From positions 100,192,001 to 100,256,000 of the forward strand of contig OX597820.1 in assembly GCA_951406725.2 (NCBI GenBank): 64,000 nt of DNA. Direction: 5' to 3'. The notes under the pieces were generated by a model. The model worked only from the letters and a program-made list of their open reading frames with translations. It searched no databases and was not told where the DNA came from. Below are positions 1-12,567 of the stretch, in pieces. This stretch comes from Octopus vulgaris. Taxonomy: Eukaryota. The stretch's first letter is position 1; every line of letters begins with the position of its first letter. The translations under genes and the position numbers were made by a program.

Positions 1-199
1 GAGTGTGGATGGCATTTGACAACCAAACTTCCAATAATATATTTGTTTTATTCTTTTCTGCCCATTTTTTCAAATATTCTCATCACACTGTTGTACTTCT
101 TTATGTCCTTAACATGTCCCTGTTACCAAAGACTGTATATATACATGTAATGTGGCAATTATGTAAAAAAATTTTTTGGAATTCATAATATTCTATGTT

Positions 200-240
200 A
201 CTTTTGACAATCTTTTTCCAAAGAGTGAAACCGGTTAAGT
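200..240 (+). ncRNA. Degenerate hammerhead-like motif followed by AATAAA
   Basis: ACTT-TTGACAA-TCTTT(TTCC)AAAGA-GT-GAAA-CCGG-TT-AAGT, then aataaa; stem I ACTT/AAGT. Confidence 0.4.
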
Positions 241-280
241 AAATAAACATCTTTTAAATTGCATTTTCAAACCTTCTTTC

Positions 281-346
<66 letters not shown>

Positions 347-367
347 TTATGTTTATATATTAAAATG

Positions 368-407
<40 letters not shown>

Positions 408-1044
408 TTATGTTTATATATTATAATGTATATATATATATATATATATATTACAAAATATAAAGTAATATCTTGAGATCGTTAGTGACAACAACGCTCA
501 AAATATATAGCAGAGCTGTATACACTTTTTAATCCTAGGTGAGGCAATGCGAGCAGCACCTACAAAAGCACTACAAAATCCACAGAAAGATCAAACACAT
601 ACATATATTCATATATTCATTTATATCTACTGAACAGGCATAAAGTCCGACGTTTAGAAATATATAGTAATATACAAATATATAAACAGCATATAAAAAT
701 ATATTGTACGCATACGATCCCCTCGACGTTCCATAAGAAATTTAGAAAAAAAATTGCAAAAAAAGTTAGAGGTAATAATAACAATTGAATTAAATATAGT
801 AAATATAGTAAGTAGTAATTAAATATATTTTATTTTATTAAAATGGTAATTAAATCGTTATATAACAATGAAAAGAAAAAATAGCAATTAGTATAAAATG
901 TATCAAGGACTTGAACTCGAATATGTGGCTTTGCATGAATGGGAGAAATTAAAATATGAAAATTTTAATTGAGTGCAGAAGTGAATTAGTCCAGATCGAG
1001 ATGTGCTTATACCATTTACTATAGCTGCTAGATTGAATTATCTC

Positions 1045-1470
1045 TCTATATATAAAACTGAGAATATGTTTCTGTCTGTCTGTCTGTCTGTCTGTCTGTG
1101 TTTTTCCCTAAAACTTGAGAACTACACATCCAATTTCATTCAAATTTTACACATGCCTTACACATGACCGGAGAGTGTCATCGGCAAAAAAAATTTTGAA
1201 CTTTTTGACTAGGGCGAGCCCACAGCAATATCATATCTTCTCCACTACGATTCCCTAAAACTTGAGAACTACACAACCAATTTCATTCAAATTTTACACA
1301 TGCCTTACTTAGCGTCCATGTAGTTTCATGGGCAAAAAAGTTCAACTTCTTGCCTAGAGCGAGCCCATAGCAATATCATATCTTCTCCACTATTTCAGTA
1401 TTACGTGTTAAAAGTGAAACAAAAACATTTCTCTATTTTATGTCAGATACTTTCACTTTAAAAATAAAAA
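1045..1470 (+). mobile_element. Non-autonomous Helitron-like element, 5' part
   Basis: Starts TCTATATATAAAACTG, followed by (CTGT)n and an internal ~145-bp tandem duplication (about 1106-1250 and 1253-1392). Same start motif as the element at 52437. A hairpin+CTAG end occurs at 2202-2229. Confidence 0.55.
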
Positions 1471-2355
1471 TAATAATATCAATTGAATTATATGTAGTAA
1501 GTAATAATTAAAATCAAACTAAAGTATAATATAATCGTAACATAAAAATAAAATAAAAATAACAATTGATATAAAATTGCATCAATGACTTGAACTTGAA
1601 TAAGTGGTTTCCCATGAATGGGAATAAATTAAATATGAAATTAGCGTACAGAAATGGAATAGACCAGATGGATAATAAAAAATGAAATTAAAGAAAAGTC
1701 TATTGTCTATAAAGTATACAATGTAGAGAAGAAAGAAGATTTGAACACATGGAGGAAAGCACCTTCAAAAAGTGTCTTGGTGCGACTATGAAAGACATCT
1801 AATCAGAGGCGATAAATTCGCCACAATAGAAGCAAGGTTCGAGTCAACGGAGCGTGCAAGGGAGTACTCGACTGGAACTTGCAAAGTGGAAATATTTCAT
1901 TTTTACCTTTATATCTGGGACGTAGGACGTCCCGGAAAAAAAATTAAATGCCCCCCCATCTAGAAGTAGAGGTAGGCTGGATTGTAGCCACACTTCTATA
2001 CAAGAGGGAAGGACAAGATACAATTGATCGAAATTACAAGAGATGGACTAACAATTCCAGACTGTAATATATTTTGAGTATTGTTATCACTAGCGATATC
2101 AAGATATAACTTTGTATTTGGATTTTATGTGTAGATGTATATATATAGATGTACATATGAACGCATATATATACACATATATACATGCACTAGCATTATG
2201 ACCCGGCGACGACGGGCCTTTAATGCTAGTATGCTTATAAAGTAGCATTCAGTATCTAGGAGAATTTTTGGGAGTACGTAATGTCTGGTCTTTCGCATGT
2301 AGCAGGTATGTAATTGTGCATTTGTTTCCGTGTACTATGTGTTGTGTGTAAAAAA

Positions 2356-2437
2356 CATTCTGACAAGGGGAGTGTCTAATTTAAATATATAATATGTTTC
2401 ATATTAATTGATGCATCTCCGAAACGGCCTGTAGATG
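2356..2437 (+). ncRNA. Degenerate hammerhead-like motif
   Basis: CATT-CTGACAA-GGGGAGTGTCTAATT...AATTGATGCATCTCC-GAAA-CGGCCTG-TA-GATG; G8 is replaced by A. Confidence 0.4.
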
Positions 2438-2575
2438 AACTTTTAGGTATTTTTGTAAATTTGTATATTTATCTTCTATGTATTTTTATCTGGATTTTTA
2501 ATTACGTCATTTTATGTTTTATTAGCCCAAATTTTTAATTTAGTAAATTTATAACAAACTAGCTAGTATATAATG

Positions 2576-2634
<59 letters not shown>

Positions 2635-2730
2635 ATAGGATTAGCTCGTATACGAGTAAGTATATATTTGTAAAAAATGAAGTTCGAAAATGCTGCTATA
2701 TTATATAAATTTTTAATTTTTATATATACA

Positions 2731-2775
2731 TTATAACATGTTTCGGTTCTTGAAATGAACCTTATCAAAAACAAT
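2731..2775 (-). ncRNA. Degenerate hammerhead-like motif
   Basis: Minus strand: TTGATAA-GGTTC(ATTTCAA)GAACC-GAAA-CATG-TT. Perfect stem II and palindromic stem III; first box mutated. Confidence 0.4.
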
Positions 2776-3274
2776 TTATATATAAAAAAAGATAGTTCAT
2801 GCTATCAAATATAAAAAAATTATTTATAATACACAATAGAGTCAGACATCAAAAAGTTCATATATAGTGTGAAGTGAGTTTGTTCATGCTATATGTTTAA
2901 AGTGTCTGATGCAGTGGTTCATAGTGGTGATATGCATTCAATATAAAAAATAGATCACAGTGGTGATATGCAGTCAATATAAAAAATTGATGTTCCTGAA
3001 AGAGCGAGGAATTCATTTTAGATTTTACCTTTGAGCAACTGTGATGACTTATGGTCGGTGTTCGCTGGATGATATATATATATATATATATACATATATA
3101 CATACATAAGACACACACATATATATTATATATATATTATATGTGTATGTATATATATATACAGATGAATAGATATATAGATAGACAGACAGACAGACAG
3201 ACAGAAAGACAGGCAGGCAGGCAGACAGAGAGATAGATAGATAGATATATAGATAGACAGACAGGCAGACAGAC

Positions 3275-3367
<93 letters not shown>

Positions 3368-4378
3368 TGACTGTGTTTTTGTATCTGTTTTCTTTTTTAA
3401 TTTTTGCTTGTATTGTTAACGTATAAAAAAAACTGCTCCGCGTCGACAAGGATACGATTTCAATCCACGCTACAATAAGTTGCTATTCTCCGTACAACAA
3501 ACTTCTAATCTACTACTGTCCTGAAAGCCCTCGATTGACTGAACGCTCCTAGCAAAACCATATGAAAGAATGCTTTACTGTAAACGGAATGCACAAGGGG
3601 ATCTTAGCTGATAATTTATTGTTCATCATCTGTTGAAAATAGTGACTGATGTGTGTTTGGCAAAATATGCTGTGATGTTAATTTAAGGCATGTTACACAG
3701 CTTTATAATACGTTTTTATCAATCCAGCTTCACAAACATGTATGTAAATTTCAGTTGTAAATACTGAGTGATAAGACAAAGGGAGCCACGCATTGCTCGT
3801 CACTCAAAAGCACAAAATGTTAAGTCCAGATTTTATAATATTCTTAAGTGATGTTAAAGCCCAAATTCCTATAGACCAAGATATATGATAAAATGTGAGG
3901 CAACGAAAGAGATTCTTTGTAGTTGTTCGACATGTTAGGAATAGTAGTGAAATCACCCGCGAATTACATTTTAATGCTTAAAATAGAGAGGGCGGGTGCT
4001 TTGGATAATATAATTCTAAATGTGCAATACACAAGAAAAGATCTAGATTAACGTGGGTGTGAATATCTGATTTTATACGTCTACTTAATGGACGCTGGTC
4101 TCGGTCTTAACAGCAGTAAAAATACATGCTTAGTGTATTCTTCTGTTTATTAAAAAATAATTTTTTAAAAATGTATTCGCTATTACAATCTTGAATTCAT
4201 AATTACGATGGTTAATTAAAGAGGGAATGATATTTCGGTGGAAAAATCTTTATAAAAAACAATTAAAGACATGTGAATTAATTACAAAAAGTAAGAGAAT
4301 CCTTACTCGTTTCCCTTAATACCAAAATATTTTATGAATTGTATTTATAAATCATATTCAAAAAAACTTACATAAATG

Positions 4379-5520
4379 TCAAATTTTGAAATATATAATT
4401 GAGAACCTTCGAAAATATTTTCTTGTTTCGTAAAGTACAAAACATAGGATTATTGCTATAATTATCAGCCACACACGAATATAAGATATTTCGTCTGTAT
4501 TATGTTCAATATACAAAATTTCTCCTTGGTTCTTGGCGCTGCGATTAGCAAAAATGGTTAAAAGTTTTTCTTCTATAGCTTCCACGTCATTCCGATTACT
4601 TCGCTTATCAATTACTAAAAACATTAGTAGACTTGACGCATAATCAGGTGAAGAAAATTTCTGAATAGGATTGTAAAATTCATAAAATTTATTTGAGTAA
4701 GGTAGCTCTATATTCAATTTTTCTGCTAAAAGTCCATTCCAAGCATCATCAGGCATAAAAACATGGTTGTCCAATGCAGCAATATACAGTTTATTAATTA
4801 GAAAAATATGTGCCACATAACCCACGCCATTACAAAATCGGGGAAAGCGCTTTCCTTTGTAAAGAATATTCTGAGGAACGTGTTTCACTTCGTGAAAGAA
4901 TTTTAAATTTCCTGGCCCTTCAGGTCTGTAACAGGCTACAAAACGATCTTTACGTGTTGATTGAAGCAACTGATGTTGTAGATGAGGCACCAATTTGTAT
5001 TGATCTACAAAAAGTTCATCGTTCATGACCATGACATAATCAGCGTTACCACAAAATTCTACACTCCATTTCCACGCCATTATTGTTTTTAATGAAACAT
5101 TAGTGTAGGACTCCATAAAATCTTCCTGAATGATATCTCTATACTTATTACTCTCGTTCTGAATTAAGGATTCTAATGTAGAATAATTTGTTTTACCAAA
5201 TATGAAAACATGTCTAACAATTATATTTTTTGAGTAAGGATCATGCGGAATATCCTGGAATATTTCTCTTAGTATTTCCCGACGACCAAAATTGGTGTGA
5301 AAGCTTCTAACAATATAGAGAAGTAAAAGTCGTTCATGCCTAGAACAGAGATCTGGTTCATTGATAAGTCTTTTGAAGTTGTGTTTGTAAGGTCGTGGTT
5401 TATCATAATACTCATCTGGAACATTTGAATGCTTCGGTTTTTTTCTATAAGTCACTTTGGTATGTTTTAATATCGATGTTCTTTTATCGAAGTACGACTG
5501 TTCAAGAGCAAAACTTATAC
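4379..5520 (-). CDS. GT31 family glycosyltransferase (beta-1,3-galactosyltransferase-like), main coding exon
   Basis: Uninterrupted ORF with GT31/Galactosyl_T motifs in order: LLYIVRS..NFGRREILRE, VFIFG, ESNKYRDIIQEDFMESYTNVSLKTIMAWKW, ADYVMVMNDELFVD, FPRFCNGVGYV, DDAWNGLLAEKL. The ORF-track start (5542) is TTG directly after an in-frame TAA. A polypyrimidine tract plus AG (ttttctttttag, minus strand) ends at 5521, marking a phase-1 acceptor. Candidate AATAAA at 4146-4151 (minus). Confidence 0.9.
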
Positions 5521-5985
5521 CTAAAAAGAAAATAAATGCCAATTATGTATTACAAAAATCTAAAAAATATATAATGTATTACAATTATGTATTACAATTT
5601 ATGCATTACAAAAATTTTTTAAAGCATGAGTTCCAATTATATATTACAAAAATGTATATCATTAGCGCAGAGAAAATCAGGTTATTCTTCATTTGTTTTC
5701 AATAGCACTGTTCACTCATGACATTGAACTATCTCAAATTATTTCATTTTTTCTAGATGACACTCTTACATAAATAACTACTATCAGTACTCGTGAAACT
5801 TCCTGAATTATTTTTAAAATTGTAACACAAAATTGTATATTTTTCTGAAATGATTGATTCTTGAGATGGTATAAAAATCCACATAGGTAGCATTGAAGAC
5901 GCAGTCTCAAGAAACAACTTTTTTTGAAAGCTACAATTCTTATCCTTAGTACTTTGTGAGTTATCTAATATTTTTCTCTTTATAC

Positions 5986-6028
5986 CAAGAAGTAAACAAT
6001 ATAAACTATGGAACAAAATTGAAGACAT
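5986..6028 (-). CDS. Predicted first coding exon of the GT31 gene (signal peptide/anchor MSSILFHSLYCLLL+G)
   Basis: ATG at 6028, then 14 codons + 1 nt and a G|GTATAA donor. The phase matches the acceptor at 5521 (465-nt intron). The spliced product reads MSSILFHSLYCLLLGISFALEQ..., 394 aa. Confidence 0.65.
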
Positions 6029-6242
6029 TATCTTCAATTATTATTCTGATGCTGTACGTTGGTATGGATATGCATGGCATAATGGTTTGGGTGTGGCACT
6101 TACTAAAAACTTTCTGCTTACCTCCCTTGAACGATTGAACTTTTGCTTACTTCCCTTGAATCATTAAGCAAACAAAACCCGTCTGTATGAGCGAACTTGC
6201 AGCATATTTGAGACTTGTGTTGCTTGTTGGGACAAAACTTTC

Positions 6243-6420
<178 letters not shown>

Positions 6421-7218
6421 CAAAACTACTACAGTTGAAGATGACCAGAATTTCTTTTTCTATCAATAGTTAATGATTTAGGATTAGTTTTCACTCGATT
6501 TATTAACTCTAAACTCGTTAGTTTTCACTAGTTTCAATCGTCTTCATGTCGTTCTTCGAGTTTAAAATTTTCACACTGCATAACTGACAAAATCCTCCTC
6601 CTTCAGTATGATGCTCTTTATACCTTTCTGAAAATGGTTTTGATTCCAGAGACAACTAGGTACATAAACGTAGGTGTAAAAATGGTCGTTATTTGAACGT
6701 GAAATACTGATTTCTTTCATTTTTGAATGAATAGCAGATGAGCGACTATCTTTTGATACAGACACAGTACAGGCTACGCTTTCAGGCTTTTTGGAAAGGT
6801 TTTCAGGAGTAACCCAATAGGTTTACTATTAATTCCGTGAAATATCCACGGGTGTCGCTAGTACATATACATGTACATGCATGCATGTATGCATACATAC
6901 ATACATACATACATACATACACACATATATACATACATACATACACACACACTTAAATACATACATACATACATACATGCATACATACATCCATACATAC
7001 ATACATACAGGCAGACAGAAAGACAGACAGACGTATAGACAGACAAACATACATGTGTGTGTGTGAGTACATACATATATACATGTAATGATGGAGGTAA
7101 GGTATAAGCACCCCACCTCCTAAATTTTATTGAGTTTTTTTTTGCCCTGGGGTATATGGGTTAAGAGCACGGGATACTAACCCTAAGATTCCGAGCTTGG
7201 TTCCAGGGAGTGTTCTGA

Positions 7219-7223
7219 TTATT

Positions 7224-7272
<49 letters not shown>

Positions 7273-7292
7273 TAATGATGATGATGATAATG

Positions 7293-7371
<79 letters not shown>

Positions 7372-7417
7372 TGATGATGATGATGATGATAATGATAATT
7401 ATAATAATAATACTAAT

Positions 7418-7476
<59 letters not shown>

Positions 7477-7508
7477 TGATGATGATGATGATGATGATAA
7501 TGATGATG

Positions 7509-7580
<72 letters not shown>
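7219..7580. repeat. Compound (TAA)n/(TGA)n microsatellite
   Basis: Direct reading; other trinucleotide tracts at about 12405-12567, 13678-13745, 16491-16570 and 18558-18675. Confidence 0.98.
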
Positions 7581-7581
<1 letters not shown>

Positions 7582-8067
7582 TGTGTGAGAGAAAGAACAA
7601 TGTGGTAATGAATTTTTAGATGATATTTCTAATCAGTGAAGTTTCACTTGTGACTGAATAACAACATATTAACCGTAACAGTAATACACTCGGCAATCAC
7701 AAAACTACACCAACGATCAGAAGAACAACAAGTACAAAATGCGCATTGTGTAAAAACGTACTGGAATACTTACATGCAAAATATATACTGACTATTGAAA
7801 CTAAAACAGTGAGTTTTGGTGTGATGATCATTTTTCAGTTTGTACGGAAAGACACAAATAATTGAAGATAAGAAAATGCCTCTCAATGCGTATTGCTTTG
7901 ACTGCTGTTGTTGATCACTCGCATTTGTCACTGGCTGATCGTTATTTTATTTTATTTTCTAAAGTGAAAGAGGCGGGTGGGCGAGCACAATTACCTATTA
8001 AATCATACACACACTTGCACACTGTATGTATTTATTTATGTATGTACGTACACATGAAAGATCATGG

Positions 8068-8128
<61 letters not shown>

Positions 8129-8164
8129 GTATTCACTCATACACACACACACTTGCATAATGTT

Positions 8165-11100
8165 AACGGCGTGGAAAGCCGTTTATTATTTTATTAGTTA
8201 AACGGGCGCTGACGGGGGCAATCGTCAACAACAACTGGTGGTTTGCTCTCAAGAGAGCAATTAGAGCTGCGTCGATTAGGTTTATGAAGGCTCTAGCTGT
8301 AGAACGTAGGAAAAGAGAGTGGGATTTAGTTAGAAAACTAGACGAAGCTCTTGAGACAGGCATCGTAATCGACGTGTTTGCGGCTAGGTTGGCTCTCGAC
8401 CAACACTTTGACGCCAAACACGAAGGCTGCGTTGTCAGAGCTCAGGCACGTCCGCTTAGCGGGGAGGGGAATAAGGCCGCTCGATGGGCCCGCGTGGCGG
8501 AGGCGAAGCGTGGAAACAAAGCGACCATTCGGTCTTTGGTGGATCAGAACGAGCGCAAGGTTTCCGACCCGAAGCAGATGTGTGCGGTGTTTCAGCGGCG
8601 CTTTGCTCAACTGTTTGGGACGAACGGTGAGACGGACAACGGGACAGACTTTGGTGTGTATCTGGACAGCCTACCGCAACTCACGGACAGCGAGGCAGAA
8701 TGCTGCGGAAGACCGATATCTACCTGGGAAGTGGAAGAAGCAATGAATAGCTACACGAGAGTTAGATCGCCGGGTTTGGATGGTCCACCCCACGAGCTTT
8801 ACACTTCGATGCCAGACTTGTTTGCGGGCCCTTTGTGAAACGTCTACTGCAACTGGCAACAAAACGGGAGAATTACTGCTTTTGTTTGTCGTGGAGTGGT
8901 GGCTTTGCTGAGAAAGGACCCAAACAAGGGGGACGTTCAAGGGAACTTTAGGCCCATCACTCTGCTCAATGCAGTGTTGAAGATTTTGGCTAAGGTGCTA
9001 GCCAAGAGATTGGCGCTTGTCGTGGACAAGCTGATTGGCAAGGCGCAGACATGCGCCGTGCCAACCAGGTCGATACACGATAATCTCCATCTCATGCGCT
9101 ACATCATAGAGAGGGTGGGTAACGACACTGGCGCGGGTGGGGCATTGATTAATTTAGATCAGAGTAAAGCCTTCGATAGGGTCGACCATCGATACCTGGC
9201 AGCTGTTCTCAAGGCAGCCGGTTTCGGTCCAGTCTTCCACGGGTGGATCGCTGCTTTGTACAGCAACATTTGCTCGGTGATACGAGTGAACGGTTACCTT
9301 TCGGAGCCGTTTGACATCTCACGTTCGGTTCGCATTTCAGAATTATAATATAGAGACTAGCTTAAGGTGACCCGCTCTACGCGCGGGTAAGAGTGTGGTT
9401 GTTACTTTCTGTTGTTTTCTTTCGGCACGTAAAAAGCACCATCCGAACGTGGCCGATGGCAGCGCCGCCTTGACTGGCTTCTGTGCCGGTGGCACGTAAA
9501 GAGCACCACCCGATCGTGGCCGCTGCTAGCACCCCCTGACACCTGTGCCGGTTGCACGAAATAATCACCCACTACACTCACGGAGTGGTTGGCGTTATAA
9601 ACCGCATCCAGCTGTAGAAACACTGCCAGATCAGACTGGAGCCTGGTGCAGCCTCCTGGCTTCCCAGACACCGGTCAAACCGTCCAACCCGTGCTAGCGC
9701 GGAAAATGGACGTTAAACGATGATGTGATGTTGATTCTCCCTCCTTGTTTCTCTCTCCTTTCTCTCTCAATTTCCCACTCCCTTACTCTTCCATTCTCTC
9801 GGACTCTCCCTCTCTTTCTCTTACTCTCTACCTTTATCTATCTCTCTCCCATTTATAAAAAACAAAAGATCTTGAGTAAGTTGAGAATGAAAATATTTTG
9901 AAATATCAATCATGAATATCAGGCAGTGACAACGGAAAGGTCTCTCCCCCTTCTTGTACGTATTGACTCTCGAGCCATTACTGCGCAAGTTGGAGGCTTT
10001 GAGGGGTATCCTGCGCGATCTAGGAGGTGGAAACAGCGTGTCTGCCTATGCCGACGACGTCACCGTGATGGTGTCGATCGACAGGCACATTGACCTGATT
10101 GGCGAGACACTAAACGAGTACGAAGCATTGACAGGTGCAAAGATTAACGCGGAAAAGTCCGTGGGCTTGCAACTGGGCACCTGGAGAGGCAAGTCCATGC
10201 CGTCCAACAGAGTCGTAGGGCGCTGGACAGACGGACCCGTTAAGCTGCTCGGGATCTGGTTCAGTCCAGACCTCCAGGTGGATAAAAACTGGGAAGAGGT
10301 GATGAGGGTGGCCAATCTCACCCAGAAATGGGCCGAGAGGAAGCTGTCCCTGAAAGGTCGAACGGAGGTGGCGAATGCGTACATCGCATCCGTCATCTAT
10401 TACCGATTGACCGTCGACCCTTGTCCCGATTGCTGGTTGGCCAAGCTGGTGCACTTGCTCTTTGACTTTTTGTGGAAGGGTCAGGTACCACTGGTCAGGC
10501 GCTCCATCTGCTGTCAACGGCTGCTGAACGGATTCCTTGGCATGCTGTGGTTACTAGACGGTAAACAGGTGTGGTCGTCTTTTGTCAGACGCGACTTTCC
10601 GCAGCTCGTCTCTTTGGCAGAGCTGCAGTCCTGGATCAAACACAGACCGAGAAAGGGCGCTTGGTACCTCGAGTGCCGTCAATCTCTCTCCGCCCTCCAC
10701 CAAGCGGGCAATGCGATCGGTAGTAGTTCCACCCTAGCGTTCTATAGAGGGTTAGTGGAAGAAAAGTGCGACGACGTTCTCGGGGAAACTCGAGGCGTTG
10801 ACGATATCGAGTTGAACAGTGTGTCCAGTGCCCGAGTATTGCTGACCTCTGGGTTTATGTTGAACAGCTACTGTCGCATAAAGGACGGATCCGGCTATCA
10901 GCTGAATCCATAGTGAAGATTGCCCCGCCGACCTCCTTTAACCGGGAGGGCAAGGCAGTTTTCTTTCGCCTAGTGGCTGTAGCAAAAGAGGTGGTATGGT
11001 GGACCCGTTTGAAAGGGCTAAGGTCAGACACCTTCCTCTTTGGCCAAGGCCTCATCAACTTTTTCAAGTTTCACTTGAAAAGGAAGATGAGAGTAGAGAG

Positions 11101-11476
11101 GGAAGTGCTGTCTCGTAGCAAGTTTATTGAAAGGTGGGTGAATGTCGCAAGAATGGCCAGTATGAACGGACCAATTCTGAGGATACACCTGTGAAAATTA
11201 AAAGGTAACATAAAAAGAGAAAGGGGCTCTCTACCCCCCTTTTGACCAGGCTCCCGTGGCTTTTATGGGTTTTTCCACGAGTAACCTTTCGAAGCGCTTC
11301 CCCCTATTGGGAGTTTTAATTGTCACTTATATTTCGTTGTTATCTTGCTTTTGTACACGGACTTTTTTTCAAACGGACAAAATCCTTTGTAACTTTCGTC
11401 CTGTATTTTGTCCCTAAATGTTATAATTGATTTTTGTTAGCCCTTGTGGCCAATAAACGAATTTATTATTATTATT
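8165..11476 (+). mobile_element. 5'-truncated Tx1/L1-clade LINE, disrupted ORF2
   Basis: GC-richer segment with RT motifs across ORFs: SPGLDG, NFRPITLLN..LKILAKVLA, LDQSKAFDRVDH, SAYADDVTV, LSLKGR. Ends AATAAA..(TTA)n at 11452-11476; contains stops and frameshifts. Confidence 0.88.
9334..9940. mobile_element. Composite insertion in the Tx1 RT (Helitron-like end plus SINE 3' half plus CT-rich tract)
   Basis: Interrupts the RT between RSVR and PLLYVL. ACTAGC..GACCCG..CGCGGGT hairpin at about 9356-9388. SINE-like segment ending GGACGTTAAACGATGATG at about 9725. Confidence 0.6.
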
Positions 11477-11519
11477 GAACGTTTTTGACACAATTTCATA
11501 TTTTAGAAGTTATTTCGTG

Positions 11520-12258
11520 TTAAAGTTGTCGTGTTTGGGTAATTTCAACCAATTAACGATGTGTTTTCGGTTGAAGAAAGCTACTGCTGTTTGCGATAGT
11601 AATCGAAGAGGAACAACTTCCGGGTCATCTCTACTAAATGTCACCACTCTGTTCTATTCGTATGGTGAGCGAAGACGATGCCACCTTTATCCTTTCTTCC
11701 TTTCTAGTCAGTACCGTGCATTTCTTACTCTTTCCCTGCCTTCTACATTATCAACTAGCAACTAGCGAGTGAACGTGTCACTGCCACTACAATTACCGTA
11801 TTTTCCGGTGTACAAGCCGCTATTTGTTTTGTTTTACCTTCATATTTTGATTATGTCATATTTTTTTTTTATCTAATAAAAACATTTCATATTGACGAAA
11901 TGTGTTCGTTGTTGATTATAGTAAGATAAAATCATGACAATAACAACACCTCTCATAATTTTAAAATAAGGTATTTTGAAACTACATATACGTCAACAAC
12001 AAAAGGGTTAGCTGCGGACTCGTTGCTCTGTAGGTCTTTTAAACACCGGCGCGCTTTATGTGTGGATAAAACACCGATGTTGGGCAAACGAATAAATATA
12101 TGTTTCTTTCTTCTTGGTGTTGATTCTTCGAATAGAGTGGTGACATTTAGTAGAGATGACCTGGAAGTTGTTCCTCTTCGATCACTATCGTAAACAGTAA
12201 TAGCTTCCTTCAATCGAATACATATCATTGATTGGTTGAAATTACCCAAATACGACAC
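11520..12258. repeat. Inverted-repeat (MITE/foldback-like) element
   Basis: About 11525-11655 is a diverged reverse complement of about 12130-12258; the ORF track gives paralogous peptides on opposite strands. Confidence 0.6.
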
Positions 12259-12457
12259 CGTGTTCTACGTGAGAAATTCTACTAGTATTCGAAGATTGAA
12301 ATTGTTTAGTTAATTTTTTTTTTAATCTGTGATTTAATTTATTGACCTTGAAAGGACGAAAGTCAAAGTCGACCGCGGCGCAGTTTGAACTCAGAACGTA
12401 AGCAATAATGATAATGATGATAACAACAGCAACAACAACAACAACAACAACAACAGC

Positions 12458-12567
<110 letters not shown>

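Noticed and set aside
5521-5542. ORF-track N-terminus MAFIFFLG of the GT31 protein
   Set aside because: Starts at TTG directly after a stop and coincides with the polypyrimidine tract of a splice acceptor, so it is intronic.
6108-6165. Two ~30-bp tandem units, each with a minus-strand GTAAG donor-like site, as a 5'UTR exon end of the GT31 gene
   Set aside because: Plausible but unsupported without transcript data.
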